A model generated the notes under the pieces. That model was not told the origin of the DNA. It made no database searches and was given only the letters and a program-made list of their open reading frames with translations. A stretch of 64,000 bases of DNA, taken from positions 1 through 64,000 of the IMG/VR virus record IMGVR_UViG_3300045391_002681. The stretch is one strand, 5' to 3'. Source of the stretch: a virus. The position numbers and the translations under genes are program-made. Shown here one piece after another: positions 9,048 through 16,339 of the stretch. Positions within the stretch are counted from its first letter, which is position 1, and each line of letters starts with the position of its first letter.

Positions 9048-10262
9048 CTAGGCGGCCAGCATCTCGGGCGTGACGGTGTCACGGCCCTGCGGCCCGAAGC
9101 GCCGGTGATAATGGAAGGTCGCCATTTCGCGTTCGGAGAACCAGCCGCCGCGCAGCGCATGGCTGTCCGGCGCGGTCATTGTCCGGTGCTGGACTAGGCG
9201 GCCGCCGGGAAAGTCCTTCTCGTCGCCGGAATGCAGGTGCCCGGTGTGGATCACCAGGGTTTTGGTGCGGCCGAACATGGCGCGGAACATGGCCGTAAAG
9301 AGAGCCGGCAGGGTTTCCTTGCGGCGCTTATGGCCGTGGGTGAAGCCAATCATCGTCGCGCCAAACTCCACCGCCTGATAAGGCAGGTCGCAGTCGAGAA
9401 CCTCGACGCGCGGCTCGCTCGCATAGTGGTCGAGCAAGATTTCTCGCACCCACGGCGTTGAGGACAGGTCGTGATTGCCCTCCACGACGACGACAACCAC
9501 CTTCGCGTGCCGCTGCAGCAGGATCGCAATGACCCGCTTAAGCGCGCGAGACGTGGTCCTTACGACTGTCCGCTGGCGCCCTGCGCTGTCGAGGGGATGG
9601 CGATGGGTCGGAGTGACGGGATCTGGTCCGTCGAAGTGCACAAGGTCGCCGAGCAGGCCCAAGATGGCGGTTCCGCTGTCCGGAGCCTTTGCGGCAAGGT
9701 ACGAGATCGCCCGGACCAGGAGGTCCTCTGCGATCTCCAGGTTCCAGTCCGCTCCGATGCCGTCGCCCTCGCTGGCATGCGCCTGCATCCCGAAGTGATA
9801 GTCGGTGATCGTGTATTGCGTGCAGAGCTCGTCAGAGACCACGGCCGGCACAGCGGCGGGGATCGCCGCTGGCACCTCTTCCTTTAGACCCTCAACGAAG
9901 TCGCGCAGGTACTCGACGATTGCAGCCGCTTCCGGATGCTGCCTCTCCCAGGTGCGTTCTACTACTGCGGATCCGTCCGCGTGGTGCGCCCGCGCGACGG
10001 TGACCTTGCCCATCCGGTAGCCGGGCGCGACGCCGCTGTCCCAGTGGCCCGGCGCATGCCCCATGGCCGCCGCCCGATCCCGAGCGCACTTCAGCGCCTC
10101 GGAAATGACGCTGGTCCGGATGCCGAGCTCTTCGGCCGCCTTGCCCATTGTCTTGTGCTTGATGACGGCCTCGATGAACGTCCTCTGGCGCTCGGTTGCG
10201 TGCTCCCAGAGGTTGGGGTCCTTCAGCCAGTCGCCGCCGTGCCGCATCGCTGGCGCGGGCAT
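9048..10262 (-). CDS. HTH + calcineurin-like metallophosphoesterase
   Basis: DYH, GDLVH, GNHD, HGH and GHLH motifs; N-terminal KAAEELG helix-turn-helix. Confidence 0.85.
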   Translation of the reverse strand: MPAPAMRHGGDWLKDPNLWEHATERQRTFIEAVIKHKTMGKAAEELGIRTSVISEALKCARDRAAAMGHAPGHWDSGVAPGYRMGKVTVARAHHADGSAVVERTWERQHPEAAAIVEYLRDFVEGLKEEVPAAIPAAVPAVVSDELCTQYTITDYHFGMQAHASEGDGIGADWNLEIAEDLLVRAISYLAAKAPDSGTAILGLLGDLVHFDGPDPVTPTHRHPLDSAGRQRTVVRTTSRALKRVIAILLQRHAKVVVVVVEGNHDLSSTPWVREILLDHYASEPRVEVLDCDLPYQAVEFGATMIGFTHGHKRRKETLPALFTAMFRAMFGRTKTLVIHTGHLHSGDEKDFPGGRLVQHRTMTAPDSHALRGGWFSEREMATFHYHRRFGPQGRDTVTPEMLAA

Positions 10263-10636
10263 CAGATGCCCTTCACGGAGCTGCCGCGCTCGGCGCGCCG
10301 GCGTCTGACCCCAAGCTCATCGCGCAGGAAACCCTGGTCCCGCTTGATGTCGGCCAGTTGGCTCTGCATGTGGCCGTTCTGGTCGTTCCAGCGCACGGCC
10401 AGGTTCTGGATGGCGTCGGCGAACTTCTGGCCCATGTGCTCGATGGCGGCGGCGAGGGCCGGCATCTGCCGCGACTCGTCCTGCAGCCGGTCGATCTTGC
10501 TCTCGGCCTTCTCCAGCCGTTCCTTGAGGTCGCGCACCATCTGGCGCACGACGCCCCAGGTCACCGCGAGGCCCATCAACCCGAGCACCACTGAACCGCC
10601 GACGGCGACCAGGGCCGCCATGATCGTCTCGCTCAT
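10262..10636 (-). CDS. TM + coiled-coil protein (holin/antiholin-like)
   Basis: N-terminal TM then coiled coil; lysis cassette position. Confidence 0.55.
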   Translation of the reverse strand: MSETIMAALVAVGGSVVLGLMGLAVTWGVVRQMVRDLKERLEKAESKIDRLQDESRQMPALAAAIEHMGQKFADAIQNLAVRWNDQNGHMQSQLADIKRDQGFLRDELGVRRRRAERGSSVKGI

Positions 10637-10878
10637 TGCGCCTCGCCCTTCGCCGCCCGGGCCCCATCGGCCACCTTGAGCACCCCGCCGCAGATGCCGG
10701 CGATGGTGGCGAGGAGCTGCAGGACCGAGGCGTCGGCTCCGATGCACTTCGCGCCCACCGCCAAGATCGCGACCACGATCAGCACCACCCATGGGGCCAT
10801 CTCGCGGACCGTGGTCGGGGCCCACCTTGCGCGCACGGGCGCCGCCTCGGCCGGAGGGCCGGTCGTTTCGTCAGACAT
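10633..10878 (-). CDS. Two-TM holin candidate
   Basis: Two hydrophobic helices; first gene of the lysis cassette. Confidence 0.55.
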   Translation of the reverse strand: MSDETTGPPAEAAPVRARWAPTTVREMAPWVVLIVVAILAVGAKCIGADASVLQLLATIAGICGGVLKVADGARAAKGEAQ

Positions 10879-11162
10879 TCTGCTCTCCGTGAGATGCGGG
10901 GATGGGCTGGCGGTCAGGGTGGCGGCTGGGCCACGCCTTTTCAGGGGACGACAGCGGCTAGACGGGCGCTATACGCTCGGCCACATGATCGGCCCGATCC
11001 TGACTTTACTGGGTCACGTCATCGTCGCGGCGATAGCTGTTGCGGGAGCATTCCTGCTCGGCCTTGGCGTGGTGCTGATGAGGCGCGGCGCGAGAGAGGT
11101 CGACCGGCGGCGGTGACGGGCGTTGGCGGGGCCCGAGGTTTGGCGCGATTTAGAAATACGAA

Positions 11163-11182
11163 GGGCGGCCCGAAGACCGCCC
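11163..11182 (-). terminator. Intrinsic terminator hairpin (identical to 20290-20309)
   Basis: GGGCGGTC-TTCG-GGCCGCCC followed by TTCGTATTT. Confidence 0.85.
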
Positions 11183-11213
11183 CTTAATCAGTGTGTTACG
11201 AGAAGCTTCTCGC

Positions 11214-11972
11214 TCAGATCAGGCGCACTGCCGGTTGAAATTCCTGCGCCAGACGAGCCAAGCCCTTCGGCGTCACCCTTACTTGGGTCGTGACCTTCTC
11301 GCTGCCGTCCGACCGATGGACCGTGGTGGTCTTGTGTTCCAAGAGACCAGCGGCGAGCTTGGACTGATAGGCGATGCTCTCCACCGTTCCGGGACGGCTG
11401 TAGATCCAGCCGTGCGACCTGAGAAAGCCGAACAGGTCTTTCGGGCGCGCCTGCAGCGTCTTGGCCGCGTCGGTGATGCAGAACGAGCCGTCGGCGTCGG
11501 CGATCCGGTCCAGGGCGACGCCCTTTTCCTGAAGTTCTGCGTTCTGCGTCTCCAGGGCGAGCATGCGTTCACTGTAGGTCAGCAGCAGCCCGCGCATGGT
11601 GGCCGGATCGTTCAGCGCCTCCATGGGGTCGCGCGTGCGATCTCGCTCCTCCAGTTCCTGCCAACGGTCGATGATCTTGGCGCGGAGATCGAGCCGATAG
11701 CCCGACACGAGAATGAGGGTCTCTCGCTTAGGCAGAAGATACTCAACCTGCTGGCGGTTTTTGGCGTCCCGGTAAATGTGCTCAAATTTGAGCACATCGG
11801 TCGGATGGAGTTGAACGACCATGTCGCGGATATCGCGCATGACGTTTCGATGTTCCTTGTCGCAGAGTTCCGCAATCTCGCGGCTGGACATGGTCGGCTC
11901 TTTCCCGAACGAAAGTGTGGAAAGGGCCGTCGATTGCGACGTGGACGGGTTGACAGTGAGCTCAGGCGTCAT
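11214..11972 (-). CDS. Phage antirepressor (Rha N-terminal + ANT/KilAC C-terminal domain)
   Basis: MSSREIAELCDKEHRNVMRDI; ITDAAKTL...LFGFL...QVRVTPKGL. Confidence 0.9.
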   Translation of the reverse strand: MTPELTVNPSTSQSTALSTLSFGKEPTMSSREIAELCDKEHRNVMRDIRDMVVQLHPTDVLKFEHIYRDAKNRQQVEYLLPKRETLILVSGYRLDLRAKIIDRWQELEERDRTRDPMEALNDPATMRGLLLTYSERMLALETQNAELQEKGVALDRIADADGSFCITDAAKTLQARPKDLFGFLRSHGWIYSRPGTVESIAYQSKLAAGLLEHKTTTVHRSDGSEKVTTQVRVTPKGLARLAQEFQPAVRLI

Positions 11973-12234
11973 GCCTGTTCCTTTTCGGCAGTCAGCGCCT
12001 CACGCGCTGGTTGGTGCCGGTGCCGGGGGGCTCGATCCCGCGAAGAAAGAAGCCCCCCGTCACCTAGCCGCTGGTGAGGACAGCGGCGTTTCCTCGGTAC
12101 CGAGGAAATCTGAATTGCCCCCGCGACGCAGAGGCGAACAACTCCACTCCATCAGAGCGACGCTGGTTTTCCAGTCAAGGTTCTCAGGACGTTCACGCCG
12201 AGCAAACCGGCGGATAACTCAGCAGCGCCGGCCC

Positions 12235-12495
12235 TCAGGCGACGCTCGGCTCAAAGTCGGCGTCGACTTCCATGGCCTCGTCTTCGAGGTCGGAGTCGTC
12301 GTCGCAGAAATCCAGCCAGCCGATCTCGTCTTCGATCCGCCGCTCGAGCTCGGCGCGGAGAGCCCGATCATGGGGCCTCGGCCGGGTCGGGGGCGGCTTG
12401 GGCAGCGCGGGCTCGCCGGCATCGCCCAGCCAGCCTGGGAAGAAAGGTGCGAGGAGCGGACGCACGTCGGTCGTGCTATGAGTCCCGGTAGCCAT
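12235..12495 (-). CDS. Small acidic protein (paralogue of 21590-21796)
   Basis: LERRIEDEIGWLDFCDDDSDLE vs LRRRIEAAVERLIAALDRMDGDPDFE; shared leader and RBS. Confidence 0.6.
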   Translation of the reverse strand: MATGTHSTTDVRPLLAPFFPGWLGDAGEPALPKPPPTRPRPHDRALRAELERRIEDEIGWLDFCDDDSDLEDEAMEVDADFEPSVA

Positions 12496-12525
12496 GATCG
12501 ATCTCCAGAGGATCGGTTGCGGTTA

Positions 12526-12560
12526 GGCCCGGGGGGAAGGTGCAAACTTCCTTTCGGGCC
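12526..12560 (-). ncRNA. Conserved leader hairpin, copy 1
   Basis: Two-stem hairpin with a TTGCA loop and compensatory changes relative to 21828-21862. Confidence 0.55.
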
Positions 12561-12583
12561 GACATCGTGATATCAGGGTTCCG

Positions 12584-12811
12584 ATGTCCGCGCAAGATAC
12601 CGTGAAATCACAGAAACGCCGAGGACCGCCAGCCACCGGCAAGGGCGAGCCGATCTTGGTTCGCGTCCAGCCCGAGCTCCTTGCCGCCGTTGATACCTGG
12701 ATCGCCGAGCGCCGCGCCAGCATCGCCGATCCTCAAGCTCTCAGCCGCCCGGAGGCCCTTCGTCAATTGGCGGCGGAGGCGCTGAAGACGATGGGACTGC
12801 TCAAGCCCTAA
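12584..12811 (+). CDS. Ribbon-helix-helix regulator
   Basis: GPPATGKGEPILVRV...SRPEALRQL. Confidence 0.8.
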   Translation: MSAQDTVKSQKRRGPPATGKGEPILVRVQPELLAAVDTWIAERRASIADPQALSRPEALRQLAAEALKTMGLLKP

Positions 12812-12875
12812 CTGAGCCGCGCGCAGATCGCGGCGCTTAACTATCGTTGGTTGTAGGACGTGGTAGGGTGACCCT

Positions 12876-13901
12876 ATGGGGCGCTTGCCATCACTACAGA
12901 TCGCGAGATTTCTCGCCGCGCTCAGCGTCGTTTGGCTTCACGCGACTTCATTATTGCCAAAGGAGACGCCTCCAGCGTGGGCCGGCGCCGGGGTCGATTT
13001 GTTCTTCGTCCTATCTGGCTTTGTGATCAGCCACGCCCGCGACCATAAGCCGGGCACGTTCCTGCGCGACAGGGTTATTCGAATATATCCGATATATTGG
13101 CTGTGGGCGGTGCCGTTCGTTGCCTTGTCGGTATTCAAGGCGCCAATTCATTGGACTGACGCTATTTCGACAGTCACACTTTGGCCCGCGTTCGCACAAT
13201 TGACATTGCCCATACCAGACCCAGCGTGGAGCCTGTGCTTTGAGGTTGTTTTCTATCTAGCGGTGTGGTCAACCATCCGCGGTATTCAGGCATGGATTAT
13301 AGTACTCGTTTGGGCGGCCATGATGCTCGCGAATTTCGCGATTGCTTCGCCCATATTGCGCTTTCTTGGTTGCCCAATGATCTCGGAATTTCTGCTTGGT
13401 GTCCTCGCATATCGGATAGGCCGGAAGGGACCAGCGTGGGGCTGCTGCGCCATTGGCGCGGGATGCCTTGTGCTCGCGATCACAAAGGACCGGATGGCAT
13501 CCCCGCTCGACGTCTTCACTCCGGCCCTCGCGGCTATTCGCAGCCTGGAGTGGGGAGCAGCTTCATTCCTGATTATTTGCGGGTTCGCCCAGCTGGATTT
13601 GACCGGTCCCATTTGGAAGCCGATCGCCTTCGCCGGGGACGCCTCGTTCTCAATCTACCTCGGACACGAACTAGTGCTCATGACACTCCACTCCTGGACG
13701 TCGTTTCCCATGGGACGACTAGGCGCGACCTGCGTTGCTGTCGCGGTGGGGATCGCGTCCTATTGGCTTGTTGAGCGGCCGCTGTTGACAGTTTTGCGGC
13801 GAATGGTCGTAGGACGCGGCGCAGCCATTGCCCATAGTGGCGCTCGTTTGCGCTCTGGTGCTAGCGGAACAGCCTTAGCAGATCAGGCCGCCCACCCGTA
13901 A
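12876..13901 (+). CDS. Acyltransferase-3 (OafA-like) surface polysaccharide O-acyltransferase, lysogenic conversion moron
   Basis: RFLAALSVVWLH, GVDLFFVLSGF, RIYPIYW, WSLCFEVVFY, GDASFSIYL; multiple TM helices. Confidence 0.92.
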   Translation: MGRLPSLQIARFLAALSVVWLHATSLLPKETPPAWAGAGVDLFFVLSGFVISHARDHKPGTFLRDRVIRIYPIYWLWAVPFVALSVFKAPIHWTDAISTVTLWPAFAQLTLPIPDPAWSLCFEVVFYLAVWSTIRGIQAWIIVLVWAAMMLANFAIASPILRFLGCPMISEFLLGVLAYRIGRKGPAWGCCAIGAGCLVLAITKDRMASPLDVFTPALAAIRSLEWGAASFLIICGFAQLDLTGPIWKPIAFAGDASFSIYLGHELVLMTLHSWTSFPMGRLGATCVAVAVGIASYWLVERPLLTVLRRMVVGRGAAIAHSGARLRSGASGTALADQAAHP

Positions 13902-14851
13902 TTCCCGACTGCAGACGCCGCCGCCGTGACCGCGATGCTGAAAATCTCGCTTCCAACAAGACTATTGGCGTCGGCCACCCGAATGGTGAAGCTATAGCCG
14001 CCGATAGTCGTCGCTGTGCCGGAGATCACGCCAGTGGAGGCGTTTAAAGAGAGGCCTGGCGGCATGGAGCCGGTGACGCTGAACGTATAGGGCGGCGATC
14101 CACCTTGAACCGAGATGGTCTCCGAATAGGACGTCCCTATCGTGGCTGGCGGCAGGACCGCGGCGACCGGAACAACCAGACCACTGGTCGACGCGCCGCG
14201 CCCCATCTGAAAGGTCGATCTCGCGACGAGGATCGGGCTGGCGGGACTGAGGGAGCCCCGTCCGGCGCCGAAGTCTGCATTGACCGCCGTGGCCTGGCAG
14301 GTGTCGGTCGTGACGAAGCCGGACGGCGCGGTATTGGTGAAAGTCGAGAACGCCGCCGTCATGACGGCGCCCGTGGCGCTGCCGCCGGCCGCCGGGAAAA
14401 GGCTGGTGAGCGCCATGCTGCTGTAGTCGATGCCGCCAACGCCTGTGGCAGGGTTGGCCGTCCCGCTGTTGTTCCAGTTGCCCGTTCCGACCCGGAACCA
14501 GATCAGGCGGTTTTCGATGTCGACGGCCACGCCAATGACGTTGCCCTGAACATAGGTCGCGATGGTCGTCAGGGTGACGTTGTTGAGGACGACGGCGCCC
14601 GAAGACTTGTAGCCGATCCCGTTGTTGTCGGTCCCCAGGATGTTGCCCGACGCCATGTTGTAGGAGCGGTTCACCAGACCGACCGCGACCGTCCCAGTCA
14701 GGGTTGTCGGCGTGATCTCGAAATAGGTCTTACCGGTCAGCGTGCGCGAAGCTGCGACCGTGCCAACGCCGCTCGACGTAGCGACGAGATTGCCGCCGGA
14801 CAGCGCCTCGGTCGAACTCTTGTTGTTGGCATCCCAGACCGTCGCCGTCAC
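13883..14851 (-). CDS. Tail/receptor-binding protein with SPRY-like and Ig-like (He_PIG) domains
   Basis: GKTYFEIT...VIGVAVD (SPRY); GGSPPYTFSV.GSMPPGLSLNASTGVISG (Ig). Confidence 0.8.
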   Translation of the reverse strand: MTATVWDANNKSSTEALSGGNLVATSSGVGTVAASRTLTGKTYFEITPTTLTGTVAVGLVNRSYNMASGNILGTDNNGIGYKSSGAVVLNNVTLTTIATYVQGNVIGVAVDIENRLIWFRVGTGNWNNSGTANPATGVGGIDYSSMALTSLFPAAGGSATGAVMTAAFSTFTNTAPSGFVTTDTCQATAVNADFGAGRGSLSPASPILVARSTFQMGRGASTSGLVVPVAAVLPPATIGTSYSETISVQGGSPPYTFSVTGSMPPGLSLNASTGVISGTATTIGGYSFTIRVADANSLVGSEIFSIAVTAAASAVGNYGWAA

Positions 14852-14854
14852 GCC

Positions 14855-15913
14855 TCAGCTCCAGGTGTCGGAGGTCTCGATATGGACCTGGCCGATTTCG
14901 TTGGTGGAGTTGACATAAGTCCCGACGGCCTGAGCGACGAAGCTCTTTCCGTTCAGATTCCCGCCGGACACAGTGAATGTGTCGTTGTGGTTCAACGGAC
15001 GGTCATGCAGCGGAGCCCAGAAGCCTTTCAGATAGCCCCGAACGCTTCCGTTATGGTGCAGCCAGACTGGCGCCAACCAACAAGCCCCGTCTGGCCCGTT
15101 CGGATATGGAAAAGCAGTGGGGTTCGCCTGAATCCGTCCGATGGCCACCGACGGCCCGTTGTTCGCGAAGGCCGTGCCACTGGATATATTCGAGGCTGCA
15201 TATTGCCCCATCTTGGTTTGGTCAGTGTGCTTGCCTACCTGTACGGACCCCCCAACGCCAGTCCAACTCCGACACGCATAATGACCAATGCTTGTATTGA
15301 AGACGACGGGCTGATTGAATCCCGTCAGCACACATGTTGCCTCGGGGCTTTGGGAAGTAACGTTCTCCGCAACCCGTCCCATTATCACAATGGCGTATTG
15401 ATCGCCGGACCTGTAGCTGAAGAAGTCGCCGAACGAGAACGCATAGGTCGCAGTGGGGACCGTAATATCCCCTGTTTCGACAAACAGATAGACGGTGTGA
15501 CCGTCGGCAATACAGGTCCACGCCCGGGCCGTGCTGTCCGCTGTGGTGGATTTGCGGATGACCAGCGTGCCGACGCCGATGCCGGTTTGCGCCAATGTCG
15601 GAAACTGCCCCGTGCCAGTCGGGGTGATCGCCGACATGGTTTCGAAGCCGCAGGCCCGCGCCTCGCGCGCGCCTCCCGCGCCCGGCCCCGTGTCGTCTAT
15701 GTAGAGGAACGCCCCGGTCGGCAGGTTCGCCCCCGTGGTGTTCTGCTGGTAGGCGCGCTTGTTGGTGGTGGTGAACCCAATGGTCCAGCCGGCGGCGGTT
15801 TGCGACCCATAGCCGTTGACCAGGATGGCGTCGAGCAGGCTGGTCAGCGAACCGACCTGTCCCGTCAGGGTCGGAGCGGAGGCGTCGGTGGATCGATAGA
15901 TGCGAACGGTCAT
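14855..15913 (-). CDS. Tail tip/fibre-associated structural protein
   Basis: YRSTDASAPTL...LDAILVNGYG...AAGW N-terminus typical of phage tail appendage proteins. Confidence 0.7.
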   Translation of the reverse strand: MTVRIYRSTDASAPTLTGQVGSLTSLLDAILVNGYGSQTAAGWTIGFTTTNKRAYQQNTTGANLPTGAFLYIDDTGPGAGGAREARACGFETMSAITPTGTGQFPTLAQTGIGVGTLVIRKSTTADSTARAWTCIADGHTVYLFVETGDITVPTATYAFSFGDFFSYRSGDQYAIVIMGRVAENVTSQSPEATCVLTGFNQPVVFNTSIGHYACRSWTGVGGSVQVGKHTDQTKMGQYAASNISSGTAFANNGPSVAIGRIQANPTAFPYPNGPDGACWLAPVWLHHNGSVRGYLKGFWAPLHDRPLNHNDTFTVSGGNLNGKSFVAQAVGTYVNSTNEIGQVHIETSDTWS

Positions 15914-15916
15914 GCG

Positions 15917-16339
15917 CTATTCCAGTTGGACGGTCGCCTGCCAGGTCGAGGACCCGGAGGTGATGTCGATGGTGAAGATGTCGTCCGCCGCGATAGGCAG
16001 AGGCGATGAGGTCAGCGCGGTGAAGGTGGAGACAGTCCCCGCGGCGGTCCCATGCGACACCGTGGGGTCCGCCGAGAAGATGTCCGTTCCGTTCTGCTTG
16101 ATGCGGAACGTCAAATCGACCGTCCCGTCTGACGCCTTGGTCACCACTTTGCATTTGGTGACGGACCCGGATCCGGGCGCGATGACCAAAGGACAGACGC
16201 TGCTACCGGTCGCGCCGGTGTTGAGGATGAAGCCGAGCACCCTCGGAGTGTCGTTCGTCGTGAGCGCGAGCGTGTCGCCCGACGGCAACTCGGCAATAAG
16301 GCCGCCGCTGTTGATTACCAGAGGATAGCGCGCGGTCAT
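15917..16339 (-). CDS. Minor tail protein
   Basis: Beta-rich, coupled to the central tail protein. Confidence 0.65.
   Translation of the reverse strand: MTARYPLVINSGGLIAELPSGDTLALTTNDTPRVLGFILNTGATGSSVCPLVIAPGSGSVTKCKVVTKASDGTVDLTFRIKQNGTDIFSADPTVSHGTAAGTVSTFTALTSSPLPIAADDIFTIDITSGSSTWQATVQLE

Noticed and set aside
14105-16009. 634-aa plus-strand ORF, and similar long antisense ORFs (25097, 34133, 37702, 50255)
   Set aside because: Shadows of well-supported minus-strand genes in GC-rich DNA; no motifs
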